A DNA stretch of 62,901 bases, filler included, from Salisapilia sapeloensis CBS 127946 (GCA_023334545.1; 17 parts of 17 records of this genome joined end to end with filler, not necessarily neighbours in it), one strand, 5' to 3'. Numbered from the whole stretch's first letter, positions 42,408 to 55,822 are shown. The notes: generated from the sequence alone by a model not told the origin. Translations and numbers: made by a program.

Positions 42408-43582
42408 ATGGCGGATCGAACGAGCGACTTTGTCAAGATGTCGGTGCTCTTTGATACGGGCGAGGTGCACCGACCACAGTTCCACCGTCCTCTTTCCCAA
42501 GATGCTCGCAGATCTCAGCAGATAGCTGACCAGTTGCGACAACAGGAGCTGTTTTTAAGGGACCTCCAGCAGCTCGTCAATAAGAAAGCAGTTTTAGGTG
42601 AAGACCCGAGTGCTCAGATCAAGTCTCTAACGGACTTGCTGAAGAAAGAGCTTGGCCAGATTGATCGCAATATCCAAATGTTCCAACAGGCCATCCAGAC
42701 ACAGCGAGGCAAAGCTCAGCAAAACCATCAGCAGCACTTTGCTATCGTCTGTGGCTCTCTCAAGTCTCGTTGTGCGAAGAACCTAAAGCAATTTCACGTA
42801 CGTCCAAGTCATAAGTAGTAGATACTTGTAGTCCTGTCATTTACTTGTACTTGTATTGACTGTTTGTGTCTAATAGCAAGCCCTTCAGCAGCATACAAGT
42901 GCGTTAAAAGAGCGAACTTCACGTCGCACCAAGTTTTCCCATGGCGGACCGAGCCCCATGGTCCAGCTCAACCAGCCAATGTTCAATCGGAATGCTCCTA
43001 CGGCATCTCCAGCCGTTCAGAGTGGTGACAACGGCAAATCGGAAGCATTCCAACCGACTTCTGGGCCGCAGGAACCGACTATGGGGAACAGCACAGCTCC
43101 TTCACTTGCACCTGAAAATGGAGCAAGAGGAAACAATCTACCGCAGCTACGGCGACGTACAGGAAATTTGAGTAGTAATCCATTCATGCAGCAGTCGACG
43201 GACACTGGGAACGGACAGAAAGCGATGCAGCAGTCGACGTATGTACCACGTCAGGATGCACAGGAGCGATATAATAGCGCTCGGCAGGTGGAAAGTACCA
43301 TTGTCGAGATATCTGGCATGTACACAAGGATGGCCAATATGGTGTCTGAACAGGGAGAAATTCTGTCTCGTATCGATGACGATATGGATGTCGCGTACGC
43401 TTTTTTGTCTATTATTTCTATCGTACTGGAATACTCATGCTTGACATAGACACACAAATGTTGAGGCTGCACATGGCGAACTGCTCAAGCTGTACAATAT
43501 GGTGTCGGGAAATCGAGCGCTTATCCTCAAGATCTTCCTCGTACTCCTCATTGTCATCTTCCTCTTCACTGTCGTCTTTTAA
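42408..43582 (+). CDS. STX5: Syntaxin-5 / Sed5 Qa-SNARE (3 exons)
   Basis: N-peptide DRTSDF; SNARE motif VESTIVEISGMYTRMANMVSEQGEILSRID; C-terminal TM. Introns 42798-42876 and 43395-43449. Confidence 0.92.
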
Positions 43583-44112
43583 CAATGACGATTGGAAACG
43601 TCTGAAAATATATCAGTATGTCGTCTAAACTTGCCATTCAGTACAATAGAAATAGAGCGAATGCGTCTTGTACATGTACCTAGGGCCAAAGAATAGCTAG
43701 AGCCTAGTACACAACCACATAAGCATCTTCTGGTACTTGATAGCGACTAGAGAGGAATGCTCTACTACACCACTATACTCAGACGATGTGTTCATATACC
43801 TTAATAGTACTCTCAGGTGGTGTCAACATTTCCTTAGCAGAGATTTTAAGCGACAATACACTACATGCACTCAGGTAAGAAAGCTATGGGGCATCCAAGT
43901 CGAAGCTGCCTTCGAGTACCATCATGGCGGTCGCTCGAAAGTTGCCAGAAGGTAAAGCGTTTCATATCGTCACTATCAAGCTACGGTAGTTCGCTCCCTC
44001 CTTCCTATCAGCTTGACCACTCCTTGTGATAAGTTTATACCTAGCACATCATTGGGACACTTGATACTGTCCTAACAACCAACGCTCAACCGTGTACCTT
44101 GGATCCGGCCCA

Positions 44113-46696
44113 ATGATCAGACCCCCTGCGACGACAGGGGGCAGTGGCGATCGTCGTCAGCAGGACCAAGCGAAGCGCAAGCACCAGCGCCATCATGGCC
44201 GAACATTAAAAGACGTGGCTAATTCTGCCATCTCGAGTCTAAATTTGGGTGAAAAGAAACCGGGCCAGTTGCTCGAAAACATCTTTAGTAGCAAACGGAG
44301 GACGGAAGACGAGACGAAGCAAAATCGATCGGTCACGGAAGAAGAGGTGGATCGAGGGGTCAAGATCTTGCAGACGATCTTTCCTCAATGGGAGGAAGAC
44401 TCTCTTCGACTTGTGCTTGGCAATACTAAGTACATGATGGAAAGCGCGATCACAACAATTTTGGACATGGAAGCGACCGAAGGCGCGAGTGGACCGAGTA
44501 CTGAGAGCGACCACGCTCGCTCTATTCCCGTAAAGAACCCTCTTCCAGACGATTTCCTTCGATTACCAGAAGATGAAGATGATAGTGAGGAAGAGGAAGA
44601 GGAAGACATCGAGTTGGAAGATGTGGAATGTAAAAGTGCTTCTACATCCACACTCGTTCCACCTGGCATCGAAGAAGATGATCGGTCGGAAGAGTCGAGT
44701 ACATACGCAGAAGACGATGGTACATTATACGGTCGAGAGATCCATTCCGACGACGAATCGATGGAAGAAGAGGAGAATCTACCCATGTTCCGAGACACAT
44801 CGCTCCTATCTAACCACAAGATCGTTGCAGACTCGATGAACCAACGTTTTCTACCGGCAGAACTACGCAAGGAAAGTCTAGACAGCTCTGCATCTCTCAT
44901 GAACAGCGTCCTGTCCTCTAGCTCTATCGACGTGATTAAACGCACAAAGCAGAACATTTCAGAAGCAGCAGACAGGATCAAACATCGAGAGCCACATCCT
45001 AAGTTCGCTTTATTGTCCAAGGCAAGTGAGATCTATCGTAGTGGTGTCATCTCGAGTCAAGAACTCGAACACCTTCGATCCATGATCTTATCACGCATCC
45101 AACCGTCCAAGATGGTACGTCTCTGTGATCATTCAGAACGACAGGTAGACTAACCATGTGTATGTAGCTTGTAGACATGTCGATGAGTATGGATGAAGTC
45201 ATTTCAGATCACGAGTGGCACTTGCTCGTGCTCAAAGCAAAGGGACTGCGCAGTGCTCTCTCCGTTCGTATCATCCGAGACCAGTTCGAGAAACCTGGAT
45301 CATCTAAACATATCGTAAGCTATCATACCTTCTCCAATCATTTTATGCAACTAATCATCGTGTTTAATAGGTATACGTCATCCGTGTCGTGGATCTCGAG
45401 TCAGGTATCGTCTGGCTCGTCCGACGGCGATTTCGAGACTTTCATAAGCTCCATCGGAGAATCTCGAGACTCTCGCGTCGAGAGAACGCATGGGAGTTTC
45501 CCACTCGACGTCACCACGGTCGGGCTTCTGTCGATGAACTCGCGCATGACCGAGCTCCTGTCTTAGAAAACTTTTTACGTAGCGTTGCTTCTCTTGTCGT
45601 TCCGACACCTCTCACGTTCTTAGACGGTTGTGCTCTGAACCTCTTGCAAAACTTTCTTGATGTCCCGGACGCTCACCTCTTGCAACGGAATCGGACGAAA
45701 CCAGCCTTTCGAGAACTACGCATCCTTGCTTTCCACATCCTCAACGATCCAAAGACGATTGAAGGCAAGTCTTGCAACAGATTTCTCCAACGCGCGGAAG
45801 CTGAGAGTGCCCACGGTCCAGCGACGTTCCTCGATCGTCTTGGTGATGTCCTGGATGAAGTCCAGGAACACATGTTAGAGCATCGAGAGGGAGAGATGCG
45901 AGCGCATGTCGAGCGATGGCTACAGCACTTTAATCGGCATGAAAGTGACGAAGCTGCAGCCTTGCGCAAAGGTTCGTTTGTGAACATGCAGTACGGGAGA
46001 GAACGGGATGAACAGGTCTATCGTCTCATCTCGGACGCCATCCGGAGCGAATTGGAAGATAAGATGTGTGTTCCGCTGCTGCATTCGCTACAGGAAAGTC
46101 TCGCACCTCGTGTTCAGTCGAAAGAAGCGCAGTTCCGAGCACGAGTGGCCCAACTCAAAGGCAAACCACAGAGTTACTTTGGCATCCCACTCGCCAAGAT
46201 TTCACTAAGTAGTTGGAAACCTGTCATTAAGGTTTTGAGGGATGTGGAGCAGGCGTACTTGCCTCTGGATAAGATGCGCAAGCTCGTGGCGGCGGCACAC
46301 CTCATCCACTCGGTGTACCGGACGGAGCGTCAGATCTACGATGGTGGTACTGATCGAAGGCATTCATTCGTTTCAGGAACAGGAAACGAACCGCCAGTGA
46401 CTGTGGCAGCCACGAGAGATCTGGAGGATGCCATTGCAAGTGTGAATGAAGCCGATGGGCTAGATGCTCGTCCGCCAGCAGAAGAGGATGTGCTAAGTGG
46501 CGACGACTTTTTACCGATCTTTATTTATGTGATCGTGCACAGCGACCTGGAAACCCCGATTTTGACGCAAGTGCTGCTGAATCGACTTTGCGACCCGGAG
46601 CAACGGCGAAGCGAGGTTGGGTATTACTTGGCGACGTATGAGGCAGCACTGCACCACATTTTGTCAGGAGAGGCGTTTACGGGAAATGAAGAGTAG
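44113..46696 (+). CDS. CUE + PX + VPS9 domain protein, Rab5-type GEF (3 exons)
   Basis: Introns 45115-45167 and 45315-45370. CUE (LQTIFPQW..AITTILDM), PX (VRRRFRDFHKLH..R..LENFL) and VPS9 (LSGDDFLPIFIYV..GYYLATYEAAL). Confidence 0.88.
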
Positions 46697-46820
46697 GCAG
46701 TTTTAAATTGAAATAAAAGTCAAGAAAGACATGCTTGTCGTAAAAAATAAAGACTTTGGTTTGTGTCTTAAAGAAATGGTGGTTGTCTTTGGTAAAGGTC
46801 GAGAAGGAAAACAAAAAGGA

Positions 46821-46893
46821 TAGTCATGCAGGGGCTCGAACCCTGGACCGCAGCGTTATTAGCACTGTGCTCTACCGACTGAGCTACACAACC
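46821..46893 (-). tRNA. trnI: tRNA-Ile(AAT), variant acceptor stem
   Basis: 73-nt cloverleaf, anticodon loop CT-AAT-AA, GTTCGAG T-loop, downstream T-tract. Confidence 0.92.
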
Positions 46894-47926
46894 ATCTGAT
46901 ACAGTATCTGAACATGTACTATAATAATTAACGATGTAGTTTAAAGCTGCAGCGATGATGCAAGTTCTAGGATGCATGTAGGATAAATGCCAGTGTCAGA
47001 TTGTTGTTGGTCGTTTCTTTAACCTTTGTATTTGGAAGAAGTCTGCTCTTGTTGATAGAGATAAGGTATGATAGTTTAAAGATGATCAGTAGACTGAAAT
47101 GAGGATTGTGCTCACAATGTATGGATTGAAAAGGTATAAAACGTAGAAGTGTGCCTGTCCATTTCCATTGCTCTTGTAAAATACATGCCTGGTTTGACGG
47201 CAAAGGTATCTTGGTGCAGCAGAAAGTCTTCGCCATTTTCGCACTTGTCCATTAGTAGTACCATCACGACTCCCGTCGCAGATACCTCATTAAGGGTTTT
47301 GAAAGTAAAACATAAAACGCAAAGGTCAAGCCTATTCTTGTCAGGATGCCTCCCAAACTTGTGGCTATTAAAATCGCTGACTCTACAATACTTGGTTTTA
47401 GATGTACTCTCTTTGACCAACATGTACTTTCTTACAACTAAATGTAGATGTAGTCTCGCATTAATCAAACAAGATGGTGTCCTATTGATGACGGCTTGCT
47501 ATTCTTCCATTCATATGGCGAATCTATACTTTGTTCTCGTGCAAACATACTATAGAACTTATAGATCAACATGTCCTCTACTGATCCAAAGGTACTTTTG
47601 ATCAAACACTCTATCACCTAAAGTTTATACTGAGCTAAAATAACACCATGCTATTGATACATGAATTGCAAGGATGCATTGTATAGTCAAATTTCGTAGG
47701 CCTCGATAAGTGTGAATAGATGTCGTGCCAATACAAAATAAGATCTAAAATATGACTTATGTAGCTGAAGCAAAGGTGCTATCACAACGTTTTGAATGTC
47801 GATGCTTTCGTAGACTTCCAATTGAACTCTGTGCTTAGTTTTATATCACTACACCTCGCAGATGCATTCGACGATAAAAAGATATCATCGCAATCAAAAT
47901 TTAACCTCGTAGAAAAATGATCAAAA

Positions 47927-47999
47927 TGGTCATGCAGGGGCTCGAACCCTGGACCGCAGCGTTATTAGCACTGTGCTCTACCGACTGAGCTACACGACC
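47927..47999 (-). tRNA. trnI: tRNA-Ile(AAT)
   Basis: 73-nt cloverleaf GGTCGTG..CATGACC-A; differs from the 46821 copy at 2 positions. Confidence 0.95.
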
Positions 48000-48740
48000 T
48001 TGTTGTTATTAAATTAAATATGTATAATAATAATTATACAATGTTGAGAAATTATTAGCCACATTTGTAGAAATAAATTATAATTTGAGCATGTTAGCCT
48101 TATAGTCTCGGGTATGTAGTGAGGAAGTAAGACATCGGTACTCTTAAAAAGAGTTCATAATAGTGTTAACACTTTGCATTGATTGTGTGATGAAGCGTCG
48201 ACCTGGTGTCTCTGCGTTTAATTTGTATATTTATATAAAGTATGGCTGTTTGCATTTTATGCCTAAGAATTAGTTGAATTGAGGATGGAGTTAACCAAGC
48301 TTATTCTTATAGATCTGTGCTAAATTCTATATAATTATCAATTCATAGTCTGCAACAAGTTAGTTTGTATACTGGGAAAGCATTATGTTTTTAGTATCCA
48401 GCATATAATGCAATAGCTTTGCGAAGCAAAATGCTCAATCCAATGCTTTGACTCTATAAGTAAATACATCAAATGGGGTTCTAAAAATGTAAAGAAACTA
48501 GCAGTAAATACGTAGGCTATTCTAGCATATTGCACGCTTGTACATGAGGAGAATCGAATTACTATTAAATCTCTATGTTGTTATACATTCTTCACCAGAT
48601 CAAATCTGGTACTGACATCCTCTTCAAAGAAAATTCTAGTCTTCAGCCAAAGCTGGGTAGAACGTCTTGTTGTCAAAAACACCACAAATCCTTTGTAGAG
48701 ATATAAGCATTTACTACACACATAAAAACAGGAAAAGTAA

Positions 48741-48813
48741 CTCTCCCAGCTGGGCTTGAACCAGCGACCTTATGATTAACAGTCATACGCTCTACCAACT
48801 GAGCTATAGGAGA
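48741..48813 (-). tRNA. trnN: tRNA-Asn(GTT)
   Basis: 73-nt cloverleaf, anticodon loop CT-GTT-AA, T-tract terminator. Confidence 0.95.
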
Positions 48814-50401
48814 ATGTTAACAAATAAAAAATCAATATTATATATAAAACTAATGTTTTGGACATGCCTGTTGACATCTATCTTTGCCGTTTTTTTCTAA
48901 AATTACGCATGCTGCAAAACTACTTGCAACTATGCCGATGAAATGTGAAAGTATGCCGAGATGCTTGAAGTCGACTTTTTGTTGATGTTTACATATAGTT
49001 TGTACAATAAGTACTTCATTACTGAAAGGCTCTCTGCTATTAGTTTTTGGTGTGCATTTAGTTCAGTACATGATACTCTTCTACGTTTATATCAAATAGA
49101 TGTCACTTACAGATTCTCCAATAAGGCAGAGTGATAAGCGTACAGCCTGTTCAGTTTCCATACGACAGAGTGAATCTATTCTTAGATTTAAAGCTAGTGG
49201 AGTGATCAGTGCGTTCATTTTAGGCTTAGGATTGACTTATCCAGCTTTACTGTCACCTCTCAGGAGCTATTTGTCGGTTACTTTATTTAATTTTCGTCTC
49301 GAAAGTATAAACCTTCTCAATGAATCTGCTGATAGGTCGAGCTGTTCGTATTCTAATGGACAATAAGTCTAAAACACAGTGACACTCCTACTTTATGGGT
49401 ACCCGAGCTATTCTCATATCTGTCATCCTTTTGAGCATCAACTCAAGCTTTTGTATCCTTCCGAACTTTGCAATAGAGTGAAAGCATAACGAGCGGCATC
49501 AAATTAATGCATACAAATCTTTTTTGCATTCTTTCCTTGATCACTGCCCGAAGGATGACACTAGAGCACTCAGTGGTACTGTCAGCAATACGCGAGAGTT
49601 TGCCGCAAAAAGTGCACACTGTCATTACTCGAAGAACACTCTACTTTTATTGATCATTAAGACTATGCCATGCGGCATTAGAAAATGTTGTTTCTATTGC
49701 ACATAAGGCTACACATGTGGGTTTGTCATCACTTTACTTTCTCCATGAAAGTTACTGAGCTGGCCAAGCGATAAATGATAAAACTTAAAAGTATATGCTT
49801 ATCTTTGCTGTTGTCTACTCACAACTTATAGAAAGAGTCATCGTCTTCTGAAGACTATACATACTTTACAATCGATTGGCTTTCGACGTCAAATCCTGTC
49901 GTAAGTCAAGCAGATGTGCTACAGTTAATAACTTTACGTTAAGATCACAAATCCATCGGAACTGAGCACAATCCCTAAAGAAATGGGAATACCATGCTGT
50001 ATCGACGATAATTCTCTATTAAAAGTAGCAAGCCGATCGGTGTTCACGAATATTTATGAGTAAATCAAAGCAAGCAAAGCTTGCATGTGAAAAAACCCGG
50101 GTTTTCATACTCAATAAGAGGTATCAAAGTTGTCAAAAATCATCTCATAAGTTCATGCCATGAGCGCTGATTTTTGGTTGTTCGATTCCAATAACTTTTC
50201 GTCCTATAACCCAAATCAGCATCCTCCGAAGGTAGCTGATATGGAAATCTCGGATGTTGATACTCTGAAAGGTCCAGCATTTCTGCAGGCCGGTGAAGAT
50301 GATAATGGATGTGGACTACAGATAACTTTTGCATGATTAGGAAACTTTGATAACCTAATAAATAAATTTATATTATAAATAAAAAGTTCGAATCTTAACA
50401 T

Positions 50402-50474
50402 TCTCCTATAGCTCAGTTGGTAGAGCGTATGACTGTTAATCATAAGGTCGCTGGTTCAAGCCCAGCTGGGAGAG
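50402..50474 (+). tRNA. trnN: tRNA-Asn(GTT)
   Basis: Identical to the 48741-48813 copy, in opposite orientation. Confidence 0.95.
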
Positions 50475-51834
50475 TTACTTTTTCATTTTTCTATCACCAG
50501 AAGGGCTACTGGCATGTTTCGTTGGATGTATACGGATTTATAAATATTTTGTATCGATTGGAAACTGCACGCATTCTATGCCTCTAGGTCAAAGTTGTAT
50601 ATTTTTGACGTTCTTGCTAATCGATTGCTATCAAAGGATTTACAGCAAAATGAAATACATCTAGCGAAACGATGTGAGAAGAAATACTGGAGCGCACGCT
50701 TAAAGATATCCTGAAAATCTTTTCATGAAACTTAAGCCACATAATTGAATGGAGCTTATCAGTTTAGTCAGCGTAGATAGCTGACTTAAAATGTAAGCCA
50801 CAAGGTTAACACGGTCTGAAGTCTATCGCATTTCCTATTCCAAAGCTATTAGTAGCTTTGGAATTGAGAGCAGTGACATTCCTAGGACTGTGCTAATGCT
50901 CTACCAGAAAATAAGCTCAAGACCGCATGACCGTTAGAAATAGATTTACATCAGAAATAAACGATGTACTTCGACGCTAGTTTGGTCACTTTGGTGTAAC
51001 GTAGAAGCCGTTTTCATCTGGAGTATGCCTAGATGCGTACATACAAAAATAAGTCTTATCTCGAAGCGTATGGCTCGCCGCACAGTATCTGCATTAAACC
51101 TTGCGCTCTGATGGTTTGAGTCGCACTCGAAATATAAGCATACAAAAAGATCTTTATATTTCTTCACAGCATCATCGCCAGGCCCGTGACGAAGGAGGTA
51201 ATAACTTTAGCCCACACCATCCGCATTGTGATAAAAGCATTAAAGGACAAAAGGAAGGTGATGAGCGAGAACTATGTCTAGACAGCAACACTTCGATCGA
51301 GCCAAAAATTTCGTCACACGTGTCCGCGTTTTCTTTAGTATACAAGCAAAAAGGATGAAGCATAAAAACATAGAAAAGATGTGTTGAGCACCAGCGTTCT
51401 GGCGCGCGGTCCTTCCACTACCAAGAGCGAGGATTTCTCCCTGCTCTGTTATCCAGCCTGGGGCGGTACACCCTTCCTTAGTGACCTTGTTGTACGTGAC
51501 TTANNNNNNNNNNNNNNNNNNNNNNNNNNNNNNNNNNNNNNNNNNNNTTAATTAATTAANNNNNNNNNNNNNNNNNNNNNNNNNNNNNNNNNNNNNNNNN
51601 NNNACTTTACTATGGTGAGGTGTCGTGTTTAAGTTCCCTAAACCAAACCCTAATCTGATCGGACCAGGTTACACATCTGATCCCCTTTCCCATAGGATCG
51701 TTACAGACCTTGCGACATGGTTGATGATGGGTAATAGTGGGTGAGAAATCTGATCCGCTTCCAAACAAAGGATTGGAAGACTTGAAGGACTGGTCGCGAG
51801 AACGTTTCATTTTTCAACTTACTACCGACTGCTC

Positions 51835-52653
51835 ATGCCAAAGGGACTGCCGAAAAGGTGTTTGAAAAAAGTCGACGCGTGGACGGATAAACTTCCAGTG
51901 CAATCCCCGACTACTTCTAACGACTGTTTGGCTGTGTTTCTTCTAAAGAACTGGATGACTCAAGACCGAGATGCGGCATTTGCCAAATTGTCCACGCAAG
52001 AAGAAACAATACAGCGACTACGTCAATCCCATATTCGTTTGCAGACCGAGCTACAAAGGTCTAGTGAAGACGTCTATGCCATTGCATCACAACTTGCAAG
52101 AGAAAGAGACGCACGACATCGAGATAGAGAACAAATTGCGCGCATGGAGGCAGAAAGTCGCTCAGAAAATGTTCGAAGAAGGACGCGCTTGTCTGAAAGA
52201 AGAATGCTTCTTAGTCATATCCGCCGGCTTGAACGAATGGCAAACGTACCGGAGCAAGAAATGCTGATGCTGGATTCAAGTAGTGACGATGAAAATATCG
52301 CTCAAAGAATGTTCCAACCGGTCCCGACGCGTCAAAGTGCTTTGGCTAGAAGATCTATTCCGCCAAGACCAACAAGAGAAGAAGTGGTGCTACCTGCGTA
52401 AGATGAAGACGTTGACGATGCGGACTTCCAGAGCGTTTTGGATCAAACTGCAGATCTACACCGATCGCCGGAAAGCACTCAAGTGGATACGCCGCCCCCG
52501 TCAACTGGTCCAGGTTTGCAAACGTTTGGTAGCTTCTTGGAGAATGCTCACTTATATTCTGTGCAGGCACGGATTCATAATGGGGAAGAAGATGTTGTAT
52601 ACTGGGACTTTGGCAATGAAGATGAGGCCTTTCGTTCCTTTATCGATCAATAA
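51835..52653 (+). pseudogene. Unknown coiled-coil/acidic ORF with one in-frame TAA
   Basis: The 188-aa ORF stops at 52399-52401, but the same frame continues for 83 more protein-like codons to a TAA at 52653. Confidence 0.5.
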
Positions 52654-52908
52654 AATGTACTTTTATATTTTCTTTTTTGTCTTCCTTGTACACGTTGCTC
52701 TTACTTGTTATTAAAGTCTATTTTTAGATAAGGAAGGACTACGCAGTAGTTCTTTATTATCCCCCATAGTTGGTGGTGGTATTCCTGAAGACCTCTTGAG
52801 CTCATTATNNNNNNNNNNNNNNNNNNNNNNNNNNNNNNNNNNNNNNNNNNNNTTAATTAATTAANNNNNNNNNNNNNNNNNNNNNNNNNNNNNNNNNNNN
52901 NNNNNNNN

Positions 52909-54266
52909 GAATCACGCACATACGCGAAGGCGTTGCAGCGAGCATCACTGGCACAGATGTCACAGCACTGCTCCAGCTTGACACCCCAGACCGTCGTAAT
53001 ATCGTTTCCGGCGTAGTCTACGTCGTTCTCCGTGTTCGGGCAAGAGCCATCTCCCGGATTGGTGCCATCAGAACCACTTGCGCTGGAAGGGTTAGAGCCA
53101 GGCGAGCTTCCACCGTTGGAGTCACCTCCGGAAGGAACGTCAGGAGGGGTACAATTTTCTCCGTTACTGCAGCGAACACAGATCTGAGCATACAGATCAC
53201 GACGACAGGATGTCTCGTTCGGGCAAGCGTCCGTGTTGTCCGAGCACGGCGGGTTATTCGCCCATAATTCGTCCTTGGACGGCAGTGCCTTCATGTTCGG
53301 ATGCGACTTTACATACTCGTTATACTTGTCCACCATTTTCTTCGCACGCTCAGCATTAGCTTTTTCATCGAATGGATTGGCCCAGAACTGAGACTTGAGG
53401 TCGGACTCTGGCGTACAGGATTGCGAGCTAAAACCATCGCACCTGAACTCGACCTTTCCATCTTCACAGAACTCTTTGTAGTTGGCATATCCCATGTCCG
53501 TGATACCAACGAGGTCATCGATAGGTAGGTAGCCTAGGATGTCGTAGCTAAAGAGACACTCGCATGGCTTGCCATTGGCATCCGTGGACGAGTACATGCA
53601 CTCTCCGCCAGGCTCTTGGCCATAGGCACAGACACCGCCTGGGAACTTTGTACGACATGCTTCATCCTTGTCACTGAAGCCGCTTAAGTAGCACGAATTA
53701 GGGACCGAGTACCAAATGTTGTCCGGGTACGGCGCACGACGGTCGGTTTCGCGGTAGTCGCCACCGACGAAAAGACCAAGGTCTTCCTGTCCGTTGGTGC
53801 CACCGAATTGATGGCAGGCTTTCGGACGGTCGCCTTGGCCATTGGTAGCGGTACAGGTACCACCGTCCATTGCGATAAAGGGTCCGAGCTCGTGCAGACC
53901 AGAGCGGTCGTAGACATCCATGGCGGCCTTGGGCTGTTTGATCTTCATCTCGTAAAAGACGATGTTGGCCATCTTGTTCTTACGAATACAGCCATTGTTC
54001 TGGACGTTAATACCTTCGGCCTGGACGTACATGAGCGCACCTTCGACACTAGCAAGGTTCACAGTATCCAGAGCACCTTCCCATTTTGCTTCAAAGTCAT
54101 CACCGTAGATGGACATGTACATGCCATGCTCGGCGTTCCATTCCGGCGTATCACCTTGAACGCGAGCTAGGATGGATGTGACGGTCTTGAATTCATTTCC
54201 AGGCACACCAGCACTGGTCATGGCAAGCGCACTGGCGATGGTCGAAGCGATGAGCTGCGTCTTCAT
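52909..54266 (-). CDS. Secreted Cys-rich oomycete-type protein with a C-terminal PAN/Apple domain (3' partial)
   Basis: Signal peptide, Cys-rich body, G/S/P linker, then ENDVDYAGNDI..CCDICASDARCNAFAYV (PAN_4/Apple). Confidence 0.88.
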
Positions 54267-55681
54267 GGCGTTTAGACGGTGACGAAGAGTTCTTTAGCTC
54301 GGCAGTAGCGATCAAAAGCGAATGTGAGAAATCAAGAAGCTAGGGAGAATAGCTAGGTCAAATCCAGCGCATTACAAAGAGCGATATCTCAGCATGTGAT
54401 TTAAATAGTATAGAGACAAGATCGAGGTTTCCAGTCAAGATTTGATTCGTGTCTTACCCTCTGAAGACATAGGTAAACACAGTGACGGTAAAGGCGAGCA
54501 TGAGCTTTCAATTGAATGTATCATTTGGTCAAAATTTGCAGCTAACGATGAGATATTGGAGACGAAAGACGCTATTAAGTATGAGATATGTCCAAAGACT
54601 TTGTTCATCGTAGGTCATCGATTCGACGGGTTCATAGTGGGTACGCTGCGCCCTCATGATTGCCAACACACCGGAATATAAGTACCTGGGAAAGAAGGGG
54701 AATACAAAATTGGAATGGGTGTTTTTTAATCGCGATATGGACAAAATCGTGCTATTGCTCCGAGGATGAAGGAAAGAGAGGATGTCGAGAAGCACAAGAT
54801 CTTAGTAGTGTCTGGTATCTTATCTCGTCACAATTGTATGATGATTGATTTATTTCAAGTCATAGCCATCACACGTGCATCTGCCATGTAGGTTGACTCA
54901 GGCATTACAACCTTCAATAACCGGTACAAAAAGGATCCGTCGCCACGTCAACTGACATTGTGCCCACCACTCATTGAACCTTCAATTCCTATCTCAATCT
55001 ACTGCTAAAGTACTCCTAGGTTACCAAAAGTGATTTTTGCCTCGTCACCAAGATGCTGTCCAATTTCAAAAATATATCATGAACGCACTGATAGCCGTGG
55101 GTCCTCGCAGTCCGACTAGCACTTATCTCACTTCATGAGACTGTCAATCTACTTTTATTGCATGAATAGAAGCTCGTTTTCATAGAACACCAGTGCGAAG
55201 CACAGACGATACGTGTTGAACCTCTCCACAGTCGACACAACCCAGGTTACCACTAGATGTCCTTACCAATTTCAAACAGGAGACATCTACACTCAATACA
55301 CTGCATGTATTCTCTAACTTACTAGACACTTCCAACAACACCTTCTTCGGTCACCACAAGATGCGGCCATCCCAGTCCACTTTCGAGCCGTCCAAGTCCT
55401 TCCTATCTAAATTGAAACTTGTCAAGACATGTCCATCCGTACCTCCTGAGCCGAATCAAGCAAAAGAGACATCAACATCGAGTCCATCGAAAGCGACAAC
55501 CAAGCCAAGTCCGAAGAAGACTTCGACATCTCAAGAAGCTCTCGCGCATTTCGGATAAGACCACCAGATTTTCGTACAACACGTAAATTCAAACGGATAA
55601 AAATAGTAATTCCACTGCTATAAGAAATCAATACACTACATGTAGACTGGAGTTGTATCAAAATCAGGTCTGTATTTAGTT

Positions 55682-55822
55682 CTAGTTCACGAGGATCGAC
55701 GATAGAGCACCCTTCACTTCCGCACGACGAGACATGTCGAAACCAGACTTGAGGTAGCACGCCGATCGACCATCTGCGTTCGAATTCACGAACGTGTACG
55801 CCTTGCACTGAGAATCCTTCGA
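55682..55822 (-). CDS. C-terminal half of a PAN/Apple domain from an upstream gene (5' partial)
   Basis: [36 protein letters not shown]. Confidence 0.78.
   Translation of the reverse strand, partial: SKDSQCKAYTFVNSNADGRSACYLKSGFDMSRRAEVKGALSSILVN

Noticed and set aside
46967-47601. Short ORFs between the tRNA genes (also 49100-50443)
   Set aside because: AT-rich, motif-free and consistent with chance ORFs or unrecognisable relics.
51636-51653. CCCTAAACCAAACCCTAA as a telomere
   Set aside because: Only about two degenerate units, not at a contig end.
51971-52714. Nearly open +1 frame suggesting dual coding
   Set aside because: Expected shadow of a D/E-rich main frame (GAA/GAT read as AAG/ATG); no independent evidence.
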